DNA from: an uncultured Microthrixaceae bacterium
GTDB taxonomy: Bacteria; Actinomycetota; Acidimicrobiia; Acidimicrobiales; DATDAH01
Assembly (NCBI GenBank): GCA_964635055.1
Contig: CAZWMT010000015.1
Coordinates: 36,632 to 100,631 of the forward strand
Length of the DNA: 64,000 bases
Direction: 5' to 3'
Shown: piece after piece, positions 9,123-17,867 of the stretch
Layout: the number at the start of each line of letters is the position of its first letter
How positions within the stretch are numbered: position 1 is the stretch's first letter
Notes under the pieces: model-generated
The model's input: only the letters and a program-made list of their open reading frames with translations
What the model was told of the DNA's origin: nothing
The model's database searches: none
Position numbers and translations under genes: made by a program

Positions 9123-10349
9123 ATGACCGAGACGTGGTCGGGGCGCAAGCCCCGCGAGCTCGACGAGGAGACGATCGCCGACGTCCGCCGGCGCATCGGC
9201 ATCCCGGTGCGCTACTCACCCCGCGCCCACAACGAGGTGTCCTCGACGGACTCGTTCCGCCACTTCGCCCGTGCCTACGGCGACGGCAACCCGCTCTACA
9301 ACGACCCCGGCTACGCGGCGGCGTCCTCCTGGGGCGGATCGATCGCCCCGCCGCTGTACCCGTTCGTCTCGGGGATCAGCCGGAAGGTCGACCTGTCCGA
9401 CGCCGAGAAGGCGGTCATGAAGGAGGGCGACCCCCTCGCGGGGATCGGTCAGTACATGTGCGGCGAGCGCTGGCTGTTCCCCAAGCCGATCCGGGCCGGC
9501 GACGTCCTCTGGCAGTCCCAGACCCTCCACGCCGCCGAGCTCCGGCCGAGCTCGTTCGGGGGCGGGACCGGCGCGTTGGTGTCACACCGGGTGGCGTGGG
9601 AGGACGAAGGCGGCGCGCCCTACGCCTTCCGCTTCCTCGACTTCTGGCACGCCGATCGGGAGAAGTCGAGCAAGGCGGGCAAGAACCGTGACATCGAGCG
9701 GCCGTCGTACTCCGCCGACGACATCGAGCGCATCGACGCGATCTACGAGGCCGAGACGCTCCGCGGCGGGTCGCCGCTCACGATCGGGGACGTGGCGGTG
9801 GGCGACGAGCTGGGCCCCATCGCCAAGGGCCCGCTCGGCGTCACCGACATGGTCGCGTGGCACGTCGGCGTGGGCTGGGGCATGTACGGCGGGGGCACCT
9901 CGAAGCTGGCCTACGACAACCGCAAGCGGGTCCCCAAGTTCTACGTGCAGACCCCGATCGGCACGTGGGACTCGGCGCAGCGCTGCCACTGGGACGACGA
10001 GTGGGCGCAGCGGATGGGCCATCCCGGGGCCTACGACTACGGCGTGATGCGGACCAACTGGATGGCGCACCTCGTCACGAACTGGATGGGCGACGACGCC
10101 TGGATCTGGAAGCTCTCCGCTTCGGTGCGGAAGTTCAACTACCTCGGTGACTGGCACCTCGTCACCGGCGTCGTGCGCGAGGTCGACCGGTCCACGAACA
10201 CCGTCACCATCGACGTGTCCGGGCAGAACCAGCGCGGCGAGGTCACCTGCGACGCCCGGGTGGTCGTGATCCTGCCGTCGGCCGGGGGCGGTCACGCCGA
10301 GATCCCGTACTACGACCCCGACCAGGTGCCCGAGGCGTCGGCCCCGTGA
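9123..10349 (+). CDS. MaoC-like / FAS1-type double hot-dog acyl dehydratase (enoyl-CoA hydratase)
   Basis: 408 aa, RBS GGGGGAG. The N-terminal half carries FRHFARAYGDGNPLYNDPGYA; the C-terminal half is hot-dog-like (NYLGDWHLVTGVV). Confidence 0.75.
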   Translation: MTETWSGRKPRELDEETIADVRRRIGIPVRYSPRAHNEVSSTDSFRHFARAYGDGNPLYNDPGYAAASSWGGSIAPPLYPFVSGISRKVDLSDAEKAVMKEGDPLAGIGQYMCGERWLFPKPIRAGDVLWQSQTLHAAELRPSSFGGGTGALVSHRVAWEDEGGAPYAFRFLDFWHADREKSSKAGKNRDIERPSYSADDIERIDAIYEAETLRGGSPLTIGDVAVGDELGPIAKGPLGVTDMVAWHVGVGWGMYGGGTSKLAYDNRKRVPKFYVQTPIGTWDSAQRCHWDDEWAQRMGHPGAYDYGVMRTNWMAHLVTNWMGDDAWIWKLSASVRKFNYLGDWHLVTGVVREVDRSTNTVTIDVSGQNQRGEVTCDARVVVILPSAGGGHAEIPYYDPDQVPEASAP

Positions 10350-12562
10350 CGGAGGTCCGTCGAGCCGACTTCCTCGCCGGGCTGCGCGTGCTCGAGCTGG
10401 GCGACGGCGTGGCAGGGGCGTCGGCGACCAGCATCCTGTGGTCGCTCGGGGCGGAGGTCGTCGCGGTCGTCGATCCGACCAGCGTCCACCGGCGGGGCCG
10501 ACCCAGCGCGACCGTGGACGGCAGCGAGGTGAGCCTGCTGGCGGTGACCCTCGACCGGGGCAAGCGTCTCGTGTCGGTCGATGAGGGAGCGTCGCTCGAG
10601 GAGGCCTTGGCGGACGGGTACGACGTCGTGATCGTCGACCGGGTGCTCGGTTCCGTCACGGGCCGGCCGCAACTGACCGAGGTCGACGCCTACGTGCGGT
10701 TCGTCGCCGACCATCCGGGTCCGGCGTGGGTGACCATCAGCGCCTTCGGGCTGACCGGCGACCGCGCCGGGGATCCCGCAACCGAGCTGACCGTGGCCGC
10801 CGCCGGCGGAATGCTCGCCGCCGTGCGCGACGAGCGCACGGGCCAGCCGCTCAAGCTGGCCGGCCAGCAGTCGCTGCTCAACACCGGCCAGGCCGCGGCG
10901 CTGGCCGCCTGCCACGCCGTCGACCTCGCCCGGGCCGGCGGGCCCGTGCACCTCGACCTCTCCGCGGTCGAGGCCACCCTGGCCACGGGGCCGGTGCTCG
11001 AGGTCGGGGCCCTGCTGCTGGAGACCGGCGGCGTGGGCGGGGCCAAGCGCTACGGCGCGCCGGCCAGCTTCTACCGCTGCCTCGACGGGCTGGTCCGCAT
11101 CTCGGCCATGGAGGACCACCAGTGGCAGGGCGTGGTGGCCGCCATGGGCTCGCCGTCCTGGGCTGGGCGCTTCGCCACGGTGGAGGCACGGATCGAGGCG
11201 CCCGACGAGATCGACGAGCACGTCGCCGCCTGGGCCGCCGGGCGGACCAAGGCCGACGCCGAGACGGTGCTGCAGGCCAACGGCGTCCCCGCCACCGCCG
11301 TGTACTCGCCGGCGGAGGTGCTGGCCTCGCCGCAGCTCGCCCACCGCGAGGCGTTCGAGCCGCTCGACGTGGGCGACGGGCGCGAGGCGTCCATCGTGGG
11401 CCTGCCGTTCCGGGTGGTCGCCGGCGGCGACGGTCCGACAGCCGCGGCGGGTGCGAGCCGTCGGCGCTCGCTGCGTGGCCTGCGCATGCTCGAGGCGAGC
11501 CGGGTGCTAGCCGTCCCGCTCTGCGGCGCCATCCTCGGGGCCCTCGGCGCCGAGGTGACCAAGCTCGAGGACCTGCCCCGCCTCGACATGTACCGCCGGC
11601 GCGGTCCCTACATCGAGGGCGAGGCCGGCATCGAGCGCTCGGCCTACTTCGCGCTGATGAACCACTCCAAGGGCAGCGCGGCGTTCGACGTGGACGCCGA
11701 CCGCGACCACCTGGACGCCCTGCTGGCCGGGAGCGACGTCGTGATCGAGAACCTCGGGCCGAAGCGGGGGGTGGCGCTCGGAATGGCGGCGACGCACGCC
11801 CCGCTGGTCCATCCGGACCTGTTGGCCATCACCTCGACCGGCTTCGGCTCCGACGGCCCCCACGCCCGGTACCGCGCGTACGCCTACAACCTCCAGGCGG
11901 CGTGCGCGCTCGGCTACCTCACCCGCAACGCGGCGGGCGAGAGCGCCGGGATCGACATCGCCTGGGCCGACCTCATCGCCGCCTACTCGCTGGCCACCAT
12001 CATCGCCGCGTGGGTGGTTGGCCCCCAGGGCAACGCCGGCGTCGGCCTCGACTTCGCCATGGCCGACCTCGTGGTGAGCCACTTCAACGATGCGATCGCG
12101 GCGGCCAGCCTCGACCCGGACGCCGATGCGACGTTCGACCGGGCCAACGAACTGTCGCCGTATCGCCCGAACGGCGTCTACCCGACGAGCGACGGCTGGA
12201 TCGCCCTGTCCGTCGACGGCGACGACCAGGCGGCGGTGCTCGGCGCCGTGGTCGGCGCCTCCACGGACGACGCCGCCATCGCCGCGGCGACCTCAGGTCG
12301 CGACGCCGCCGAGCTCGCCGTCGCGCTCCGGGCTGCCGGTGTCGTCGCCGAGCCGGTCGCCACCGCGGCCGACCTGGTGGTGGACCCTCAGATCGCCGGC
12401 CGTGGGTTCCTCCCCGAGGTCGCGCATCCGGAGTGGGGCCCGCGCCGCCTCGTCGGCATCCCCTGGCAGCCCCACGGCGGTCCCGCCTTCCCCCTCGGCA
12501 CCCCGCCGGCGCTCCGCCCCCGGGAGGCGCCTGCCGATCGAGGGTCGAGCGCGCCGGTCTGA
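10346..12562 (+). CDS. Tandem two-domain family III CoA-transferase (second fusion)
   Basis: 738 aa, with a GTGA overlap to the hydratase gene. The two signatures are LRVLELGDGVAGASATSILWSLGAEVVAV and LRMLEASRVLAVPLCGAILGALGAEVTKLED. Confidence 0.85.
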   Translation: MTEVRRADFLAGLRVLELGDGVAGASATSILWSLGAEVVAVVDPTSVHRRGRPSATVDGSEVSLLAVTLDRGKRLVSVDEGASLEEALADGYDVVIVDRVLGSVTGRPQLTEVDAYVRFVADHPGPAWVTISAFGLTGDRAGDPATELTVAAAGGMLAAVRDERTGQPLKLAGQQSLLNTGQAAALAACHAVDLARAGGPVHLDLSAVEATLATGPVLEVGALLLETGGVGGAKRYGAPASFYRCLDGLVRISAMEDHQWQGVVAAMGSPSWAGRFATVEARIEAPDEIDEHVAAWAAGRTKADAETVLQANGVPATAVYSPAEVLASPQLAHREAFEPLDVGDGREASIVGLPFRVVAGGDGPTAAAGASRRRSLRGLRMLEASRVLAVPLCGAILGALGAEVTKLEDLPRLDMYRRRGPYIEGEAGIERSAYFALMNHSKGSAAFDVDADRDHLDALLAGSDVVIENLGPKRGVALGMAATHAPLVHPDLLAITSTGFGSDGPHARYRAYAYNLQAACALGYLTRNAAGESAGIDIAWADLIAAYSLATIIAAWVVGPQGNAGVGLDFAMADLVVSHFNDAIAAASLDPDADATFDRANELSPYRPNGVYPTSDGWIALSVDGDDQAAVLGAVVGASTDDAAIAAATSGRDAAELAVALRAAGVVAEPVATAADLVVDPQIAGRGFLPEVAHPEWGPRRLVGIPWQPHGGPAFPLGTPPALRPREAPADRGSSAPV

Positions 12563-12584
12563 ACCGAGTCGGAGCGCAGGCGCC

Positions 12585-13292
12585 TCAGCTGAGGTGCGCC
12601 CCGAGGAAGTCGAGCGTGCGCTGCCAGCCGTCCTTGGCCGACGCCTCGTGGTACGAGCTGCGGGCGTCGCAGTGGAAGCCGTGGTTCGCCTCGGCGTAGC
12701 GGACGATCTCGGCCTCGGGGGCGGCGTTGCCCAGGGCGGTGCGCAGCCCCTCCACGTCGTCGGTCGGGATGGACCCGTCGAGGTCGCCGAACAGGCCCAG
12801 CCAGGGGCTCTGCAGCGTCGGCGCGAGGTCGAACAGCGGCGGGAAGCCGAAGCGGCTCTGGGTGATGCCGCCGCCGTAGAAGGTGACCGCCGCACCGAGG
12901 GGCCAGTAACACCCCGCCACGAAGGCGATGCTCCCGCCCATGCAGAAGCCGACCGCGGCCACCCGGGACGCCTCGAACCCGAGACCGGCGAGGTGGTCGA
13001 GGGTGGCGTCGAGGTCCGCCTCGATCTGGTCGGCCTGCAACTGCATGATGTACGGCATCACCTCCTGCATGTCCTCGTAGCCGAGCTCGGGGTCGCCGCT
13101 GCGGTGGAACAGGTGGGGCGCCGCCGCCAGGTACCCGGCCTCGGCGAAGCGCCGGCAGATGTCGCGGATGTGGTCGTTGACCCCGAACGCCTCCTGCAAC
13201 ACGATCACGGCGCCGCGTGGCTCCTCGTCGGGGGTCGCCAGGTGGAGCCGCATCGTGTCGGCGCCGACGGTCAGGGTCGCTTCTTCTGTCAT
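12585..13292 (-). CDS. Dienelactone hydrolase family protein
   Basis: MTEEATLTVGADTMRLHLATP...VIVLQEAFGVNDHIRD. Nucleophile motif GFCMGG. Confidence 0.85.
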   Translation of the reverse strand: MTEEATLTVGADTMRLHLATPDEEPRGAVIVLQEAFGVNDHIRDICRRFAEAGYLAAAPHLFHRSGDPELGYEDMQEVMPYIMQLQADQIEADLDATLDHLAGLGFEASRVAAVGFCMGGSIAFVAGCYWPLGAAVTFYGGGITQSRFGFPPLFDLAPTLQSPWLGLFGDLDGSIPTDDVEGLRTALGNAAPEAEIVRYAEANHGFHCDARSSYHEASAKDGWQRTLDFLGAHLS

Positions 13293-13330
13293 CGTCGATG
13301 ATCCTTCCGGAGTACGGGTAGCAGCGTGAA

Positions 13331-14290
13331 TCAGTCGTCCGGCGTGAACTGGACGTCGCCGGTCCACACGGGCTCGGGGTACGGCATGGGCAGCGGCTGG
13401 AGGTCGGGGCCGAGCTCGACGGGGAGCCGCTCGGCCAGGGTGTCGACGTCCCAGGGTCCCAGGTTCGTCATGGTCGGGAAGTAGCGGAGCATGCCGAGCC
13501 GTCCGACCTCGTAGCCCTGGACCCGGAAGACCTGGCCGTTGATCTCGCGCGCCGCGTCGCTCATCAGGTAGACGGCGAAGGGCGCCACGTTGGCCGGGTC
13601 GCGGTAGGTGCCGCCGGCCAGGTCGCTGCGCATGGTGTCACCGAGGCGGTTCGAGAGCTTGCCTGCGTTCGTGTAGATGTCGTCGGACATGCGGGTGGCG
13701 GCGCTGGGGACCATGCAGTTCGTGGTGATGCCGAAGCGGCCGAGGGCGTTGGCCGTGCTCCAGGTGAAGCCGAGGATGCCCGCCTTGGCGGTGGCGTAGG
13801 CGGTGACGTTGGGCATGCCGTTGAGCGAGCCGCTCGAGAAGAACACGAGGCTGCCCGAACCCTGGGGGACCATCACGCGCGCCGCCGCCTTGGCGCAGCT
13901 GAAGTGGCCCTTGAGGTGGACGTTGATGACGTCGTCCCACTCCTGCTCCTCGGTCTCCCAGAGGTACTTCGTCACGCTGATGCCGGCGACGCAGGCCACG
14001 GCGTCGAGCCGACCGAAGCTGTCCATGGCGGCCTCGACCACCGCCCGCCCGCCAGCCATGGTCGAGATGTCCACCGCGGCGGCGACGGCCTCGCCGCCGG
14101 CGGCCTCGATCTCGGCGACCACGGCGTCGGCGGGCTCGGACGAGCCGGCCTCGTTCCGGTCGAGAGCGCCTCCGTAGTCGGCGACCACCACCTGGGCACC
14201 GGCGGCGGCCGAGGCCAGAGCGATGGCCCGACCGATGCCACGGCCACCCCCGGTGACCACGACCGACTTCCCTTCGAGATGGCTGCTCAC
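13331..14290 (-). CDS. SDR oxidoreductase, MFE-2/Hsd4A-like N-terminal type with C-terminal extension
   Basis: GKSVVVTGGGRGIGRAIA...VVVADYGGALD. GTG start at 14290 behind a GGGAGGAAGGG RBS. An alternative start at 14338 would abut the operator. Confidence 0.85.
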   Translation of the reverse strand: MSSHLEGKSVVVTGGGRGIGRAIALASAAAGAQVVVADYGGALDRNEAGSSEPADAVVAEIEAAGGEAVAAAVDISTMAGGRAVVEAAMDSFGRLDAVACVAGISVTKYLWETEEQEWDDVINVHLKGHFSCAKAAARVMVPQGSGSLVFFSSGSLNGMPNVTAYATAKAGILGFTWSTANALGRFGITTNCMVPSAATRMSDDIYTNAGKLSNRLGDTMRSDLAGGTYRDPANVAPFAVYLMSDAAREINGQVFRVQGYEVGRLGMLRYFPTMTNLGPWDVDTLAERLPVELGPDLQPLPMPYPEPVWTGDVQFTPDD

Positions 14291-14342
14291 CGGCGTTGTC
14301 CCTTCCTCCCGTCGACCCGACACATCGAGGCGCCCCAAAACG

Positions 14343-14358
14343 TGACACTACACTGTCA
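14343..14358. promoter_or_regulatory. Candidate operator (site 3)
   Basis: TGACACTACACTGTCA. It contains TACACT, a TANNNT -10-like hexamer. It lies in the divergent gap between the SDR and amidohydrolase genes. Confidence 0.6.
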
Positions 14359-14388
14359 CTTGCGCGATGGGCCCGTCGACCATAGAGT

Positions 14389-14404
14389 TGACAGTCGACT
14401 GTCG
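14389..14404. promoter_or_regulatory. Candidate operator (site 4)
   Basis: TGACAGTCGACTGTCG, 30 nt downstream of site 3 and 28 nt upstream of the ATG at 14432. Confidence 0.6.
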
Positions 14405-14431
14405 CATTTTGACGCACGGGGGAGACCGCTC

Positions 14432-15775
14432 ATGACGATCACCGAAGCCGGCACCGGGACGGGGAGCGGGCAGGATGCCGCTCCGCTCGTGATCGTGTCG
14501 TGTGACACCCACATCGGCCCTCGTCTGGGCGAGGATTTGCGGCCCTACTGCCCGAAGGAGCTGCTCAGCGACTTCGATGCCTATGCGGCCACGTTGCAGG
14601 AGAACCGAGAGAAGGCCGCCGCGGCGAAGAAGCGGGTGTCGTTCGGTGGCAAGGAGATGGGGGCGGACTGGGGCGTACGCCTCGACAACCTCCAGACCCC
14701 GGGTCATTTCGACATGCACGCACGTCTCAGGGACTTCGACGAGGACGGTGTGGCCGCGGAGGTGGTCTTCCACGACAGCCAGAACGGCGAGCCTGTGCCG
14801 TTCCAGACCGACACGCTGTTGATGCGCGCCGCCAACATCGAGCAGGACTTCGACCTGCTCAAGGCGGGCCAGCACATGTACAACCAGTGGCTGGCCGACC
14901 AGTGCTCCATCGAGCCCGAGCGTCACATCGGCCTCATGCACCTGCCGATGTGGGACATCGACGCGGCCATCGCCGAGCTCGAGTGGGCCCGGTCGGTGGG
15001 TCTGAAAGGGATCAACTTCCCGACACCGAAGATCTTCCTCGAGCCCTACAACTCGCCGGCGTGGGATCCCTTCTTCTCGGCCTGCGAGGACCTCGGCGTC
15101 ACGCTGTGCAACCACGGCGGCGCCGGCGCCAGCGGCGGGGCGTTCCCCGGGGCCATGTCGATCGCCAAGTTCGAGATCTCGATGATGGCCAGGATCTGCC
15201 CCATGGACCAGCTCGTGTTCGGCGGTGTGTTCGAGCGCCACCCCGGCCTCAAGCTCGTCCTCACCGAGTCACCCGGCACCTGGTGGAACTTCGTGTTGAA
15301 GGAGATGGACAGCATCTACCTCACGGACTGCATGAGCTACGGGCCGACCGAGCGCGAACGCGTGCCTCGCCTGCCGAGCGAGTACGCCGCAGAGCAGGTG
15401 TTCATCGGCGCCAGCTTCCACTCTCGGTTCGAGGCCGAGGACGCCATCGAGAACGGCTACGAGGACCGGGTCATCTGGGGCTCGGACTACCCGCACTTCG
15501 AGGGGACGTGGCAATTCGACGCCGAGGGCCCCAACGGCGAGCCGATGACCTGGGCGGCCCTGCGCTTCCACTACGCCGGGCTTCCCGGCGACAAGGTGCG
15601 GCAGTTCCTCGGCGGCAACTCGCTGGCGGCCTACGACTTCGACGGCGAGGCCCTCGCCGCCGTCGCCGCCCGCATCAACGCACCGAGCGTCGACGACCTC
15701 AACAGCGTCTCGGTCGACGAGCGGCCGGTCGGCTCCGGCCATCTGGCCTTCCGCACCTTCGGCTTCTGGCACTAG
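14432..15775 (+). CDS. Amidohydrolase-2 family metal-dependent hydrolase/decarboxylase (paralog 1)
   Basis: MTITEAGTG...VIVSCDTHIGP; WGSDYPHFEGTW. RBS GGGGGAG. Confidence 0.85.
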   Translation: MTITEAGTGTGSGQDAAPLVIVSCDTHIGPRLGEDLRPYCPKELLSDFDAYAATLQENREKAAAAKKRVSFGGKEMGADWGVRLDNLQTPGHFDMHARLRDFDEDGVAAEVVFHDSQNGEPVPFQTDTLLMRAANIEQDFDLLKAGQHMYNQWLADQCSIEPERHIGLMHLPMWDIDAAIAELEWARSVGLKGINFPTPKIFLEPYNSPAWDPFFSACEDLGVTLCNHGGAGASGGAFPGAMSIAKFEISMMARICPMDQLVFGGVFERHPGLKLVLTESPGTWWNFVLKEMDSIYLTDCMSYGPTERERVPRLPSEYAAEQVFIGASFHSRFEAEDAIENGYEDRVIWGSDYPHFEGTWQFDAEGPNGEPMTWAALRFHYAGLPGDKVRQFLGGNSLAAYDFDGEALAAVAARINAPSVDDLNSVSVDERPVGSGHLAFRTFGFWH

Positions 15776-15843
15776 CCCGTGGCGAGGCGGCGCGAGCCCA
15801 CCTTCGGCGACGCTCGCCTCGAGGCCCGTCGCGGATTCCGCAC

Positions 15844-16623
15844 ATGATCGAGGGGCTGCAGGTCGAGCGGCGGGGCGCCGTGCTCATCGCCACCATCGAC
15901 CGCCCTGAGCGCATGAACGCACTCAGCGCGGAGGTCCACGAAGGCTGCGCCGCGACCTGGGCGGCCGCGGCCGCCGACCCGTCGGTGCGGGCCATCGTGA
16001 TCACGGGCGCCGGTGACCGGGCCTTCTGCGTCGGAATGGACCTCAAGGCGTTCGCCGAGCGAGGCGGGCCGCGCCCGGTCAAGGACGACGTCCACGAGGA
16101 GCTGTGCCTCACGCCGTTGCAGTGCGATGTGTGGCTGCCAACGATCGTCGCGGTCAACGGCGTGTGCACCGGGGCCGGGCTGCACTTCCTCTCCGATGCC
16201 GACGTGATCGTGGCGTCGTCGACCTCGACCTTCCTCGACACCCACGTGAGCGTGGGACAGGTGACGGCGCTCGAGCCCATCTCGCTGCTGCCCCGCATCG
16301 GCCTCGGCAACGCCTTGCGCCTCGCCGTGCTCGGTCGCCACGGCCGGATGGATGCCCAGGAGGCGCTGCGCATCTCCCTCGTGGACGAGGTCGTCGAGCC
16401 AGGCGAGTTGCTCGACCGGGCGGTCGCGCTGGCCGAGCAGGCCGCGTCGGGCTCGCCGGCCGCGGTCGAGGCATCGAAGCGAGCCATCCGCGGCGCGCTG
16501 GAACGACCGATGGCCGAAGCCATGCAGCACGGGTGGGAGCTGTTGCTCGCCCACCGCGACCACCCCGACAGCAACGAGGGCCCGCTCGCCTTCGCCGAGA
16601 AGCGGGAGCCGAGGTGGCAGTGA
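15844..16623 (+). CDS. Enoyl-CoA hydratase/isomerase (crotonase) family
   Basis: LIATIDRPERMNALS...VITGAGDRAFCVGMDLKAF; the C-terminus carries FAEKREPRW. Confidence 0.9.
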   Translation: MIEGLQVERRGAVLIATIDRPERMNALSAEVHEGCAATWAAAAADPSVRAIVITGAGDRAFCVGMDLKAFAERGGPRPVKDDVHEELCLTPLQCDVWLPTIVAVNGVCTGAGLHFLSDADVIVASSTSTFLDTHVSVGQVTALEPISLLPRIGLGNALRLAVLGRHGRMDAQEALRISLVDEVVEPGELLDRAVALAEQAASGSPAAVEASKRAIRGALERPMAEAMQHGWELLLAHRDHPDSNEGPLAFAEKREPRWQ

Positions 16624-17867
16624 CCGAACGACCCGAGGCGGCGCCGGATGTCCCCGACGACCATGCTGCGCTCGTCGCCGAGGTGGAATCGTTCCTCCGG
16701 GCCACGCTGCCCGCCCAGTGGGTGGCGGCGGTCGACGCCGATGACCTCGAGGCGCTCGGGGTGGAGCGCCGTCGGGTCGACCCCGACGAGGTGTGGCGCG
16801 CCGTCGCCGGCCAGGGGTATGCCGTGCCGACCTGGCCGAAGGAGTACGGCGGCCTCGACCTGTCCCCCAAGGCCGCGGGCGCGGTCGCCCGGACGCTGCG
16901 GCGCTACCGGCTGCCCCGCTTCAACAACCCCGTCGGCGTCGATCTCGTCGGTCCGGCCATCCTGCGCTGGGGCACCGACGAGCAGAAGCAGCGGTTCCTC
17001 CAGCCGCTGGCGAGCTACCAGGAGATCTGGTGCCAGCTGTTCTCCGAGCCGGGCTCGGGTTCCGACCTCGCCGGGCTGTCCACCCGGGCCGTGCGTGACG
17101 GCGACACCTGGATCATCCGCGGCCAGAAGGTGTGGACCAGCCTCGGTGACATCTCCGCGCACGGCATCCTGCTGGCCCGCAGTGACCCGGACGTGCCCAA
17201 GCACAAGGGCATCACCGCCTTCCTCCTGCCGATGGCCCTGCCGGGCGTCACGGTGCGGCCGCTTCGCCAGCTGACCGGCGACGCCGAGTTCTGCGAGGTC
17301 TTCCTGGACGACGTGGAGGTCGACGACTCCCTGCGCCTCGGCCCCGTCGACGAGGGCTGGCGGGTGGCCATCTCGGTCCTGATGAACGAGCGCCAGACCT
17401 TCGCCGCCGGCGACGCCTCGCTACCCGGCACGGTGACCGGCCGCTCGGTGGCGGGGATGATCCAGCGCCACGCGCCGGTGGCCGATCCGGGGCTACGTGA
17501 GCGCCTCGTGCGGGCCTACATCGAGGACCGGGTCATCACCATGACGAAGGAGCGGGCGGCCGCCCGCCGCCGGGCCGGGCAGCCCGCGGGCCCGGAGGCG
17601 TCGATCACCAAGCTCTTCTTCAGCGAGCACACCCAGCGCCTGCAGAACCTGGCCGTCGACCTCGAGGGCCCCTCCGCCCAGGCGTGGGAGGACGGCGACC
17701 GGTGGATGCAGAACACGGCCTGGTCGTTCCTGCGCATCCGGTCGAAGACCATCGCCGGCGGGACCTCCGAGGTGCAGCGCAACATCCTCGGCGAGCGGGT
17801 CCTCGGGCTGCCGAAGGAGATCGAGGTCGACCGCGACGTCCCCTGGTCGGACGTCCCCCACTCGTGA
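16620..17867 (+). CDS. Acyl-CoA dehydrogenase
   Basis: GTGA overlap with the crotonase stop. WCQLFSEPGSGSDLAGLSTRA, GQKVWTSL, GGTSEVQRNILGERVLGLP. Confidence 0.9.
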   Translation: MTERPEAAPDVPDDHAALVAEVESFLRATLPAQWVAAVDADDLEALGVERRRVDPDEVWRAVAGQGYAVPTWPKEYGGLDLSPKAAGAVARTLRRYRLPRFNNPVGVDLVGPAILRWGTDEQKQRFLQPLASYQEIWCQLFSEPGSGSDLAGLSTRAVRDGDTWIIRGQKVWTSLGDISAHGILLARSDPDVPKHKGITAFLLPMALPGVTVRPLRQLTGDAEFCEVFLDDVEVDDSLRLGPVDEGWRVAISVLMNERQTFAAGDASLPGTVTGRSVAGMIQRHAPVADPGLRERLVRAYIEDRVITMTKERAAARRRAGQPAGPEASITKLFFSEHTQRLQNLAVDLEGPSAQAWEDGDRWMQNTAWSFLRIRSKTIAGGTSEVQRNILGERVLGLPKEIEVDRDVPWSDVPHS

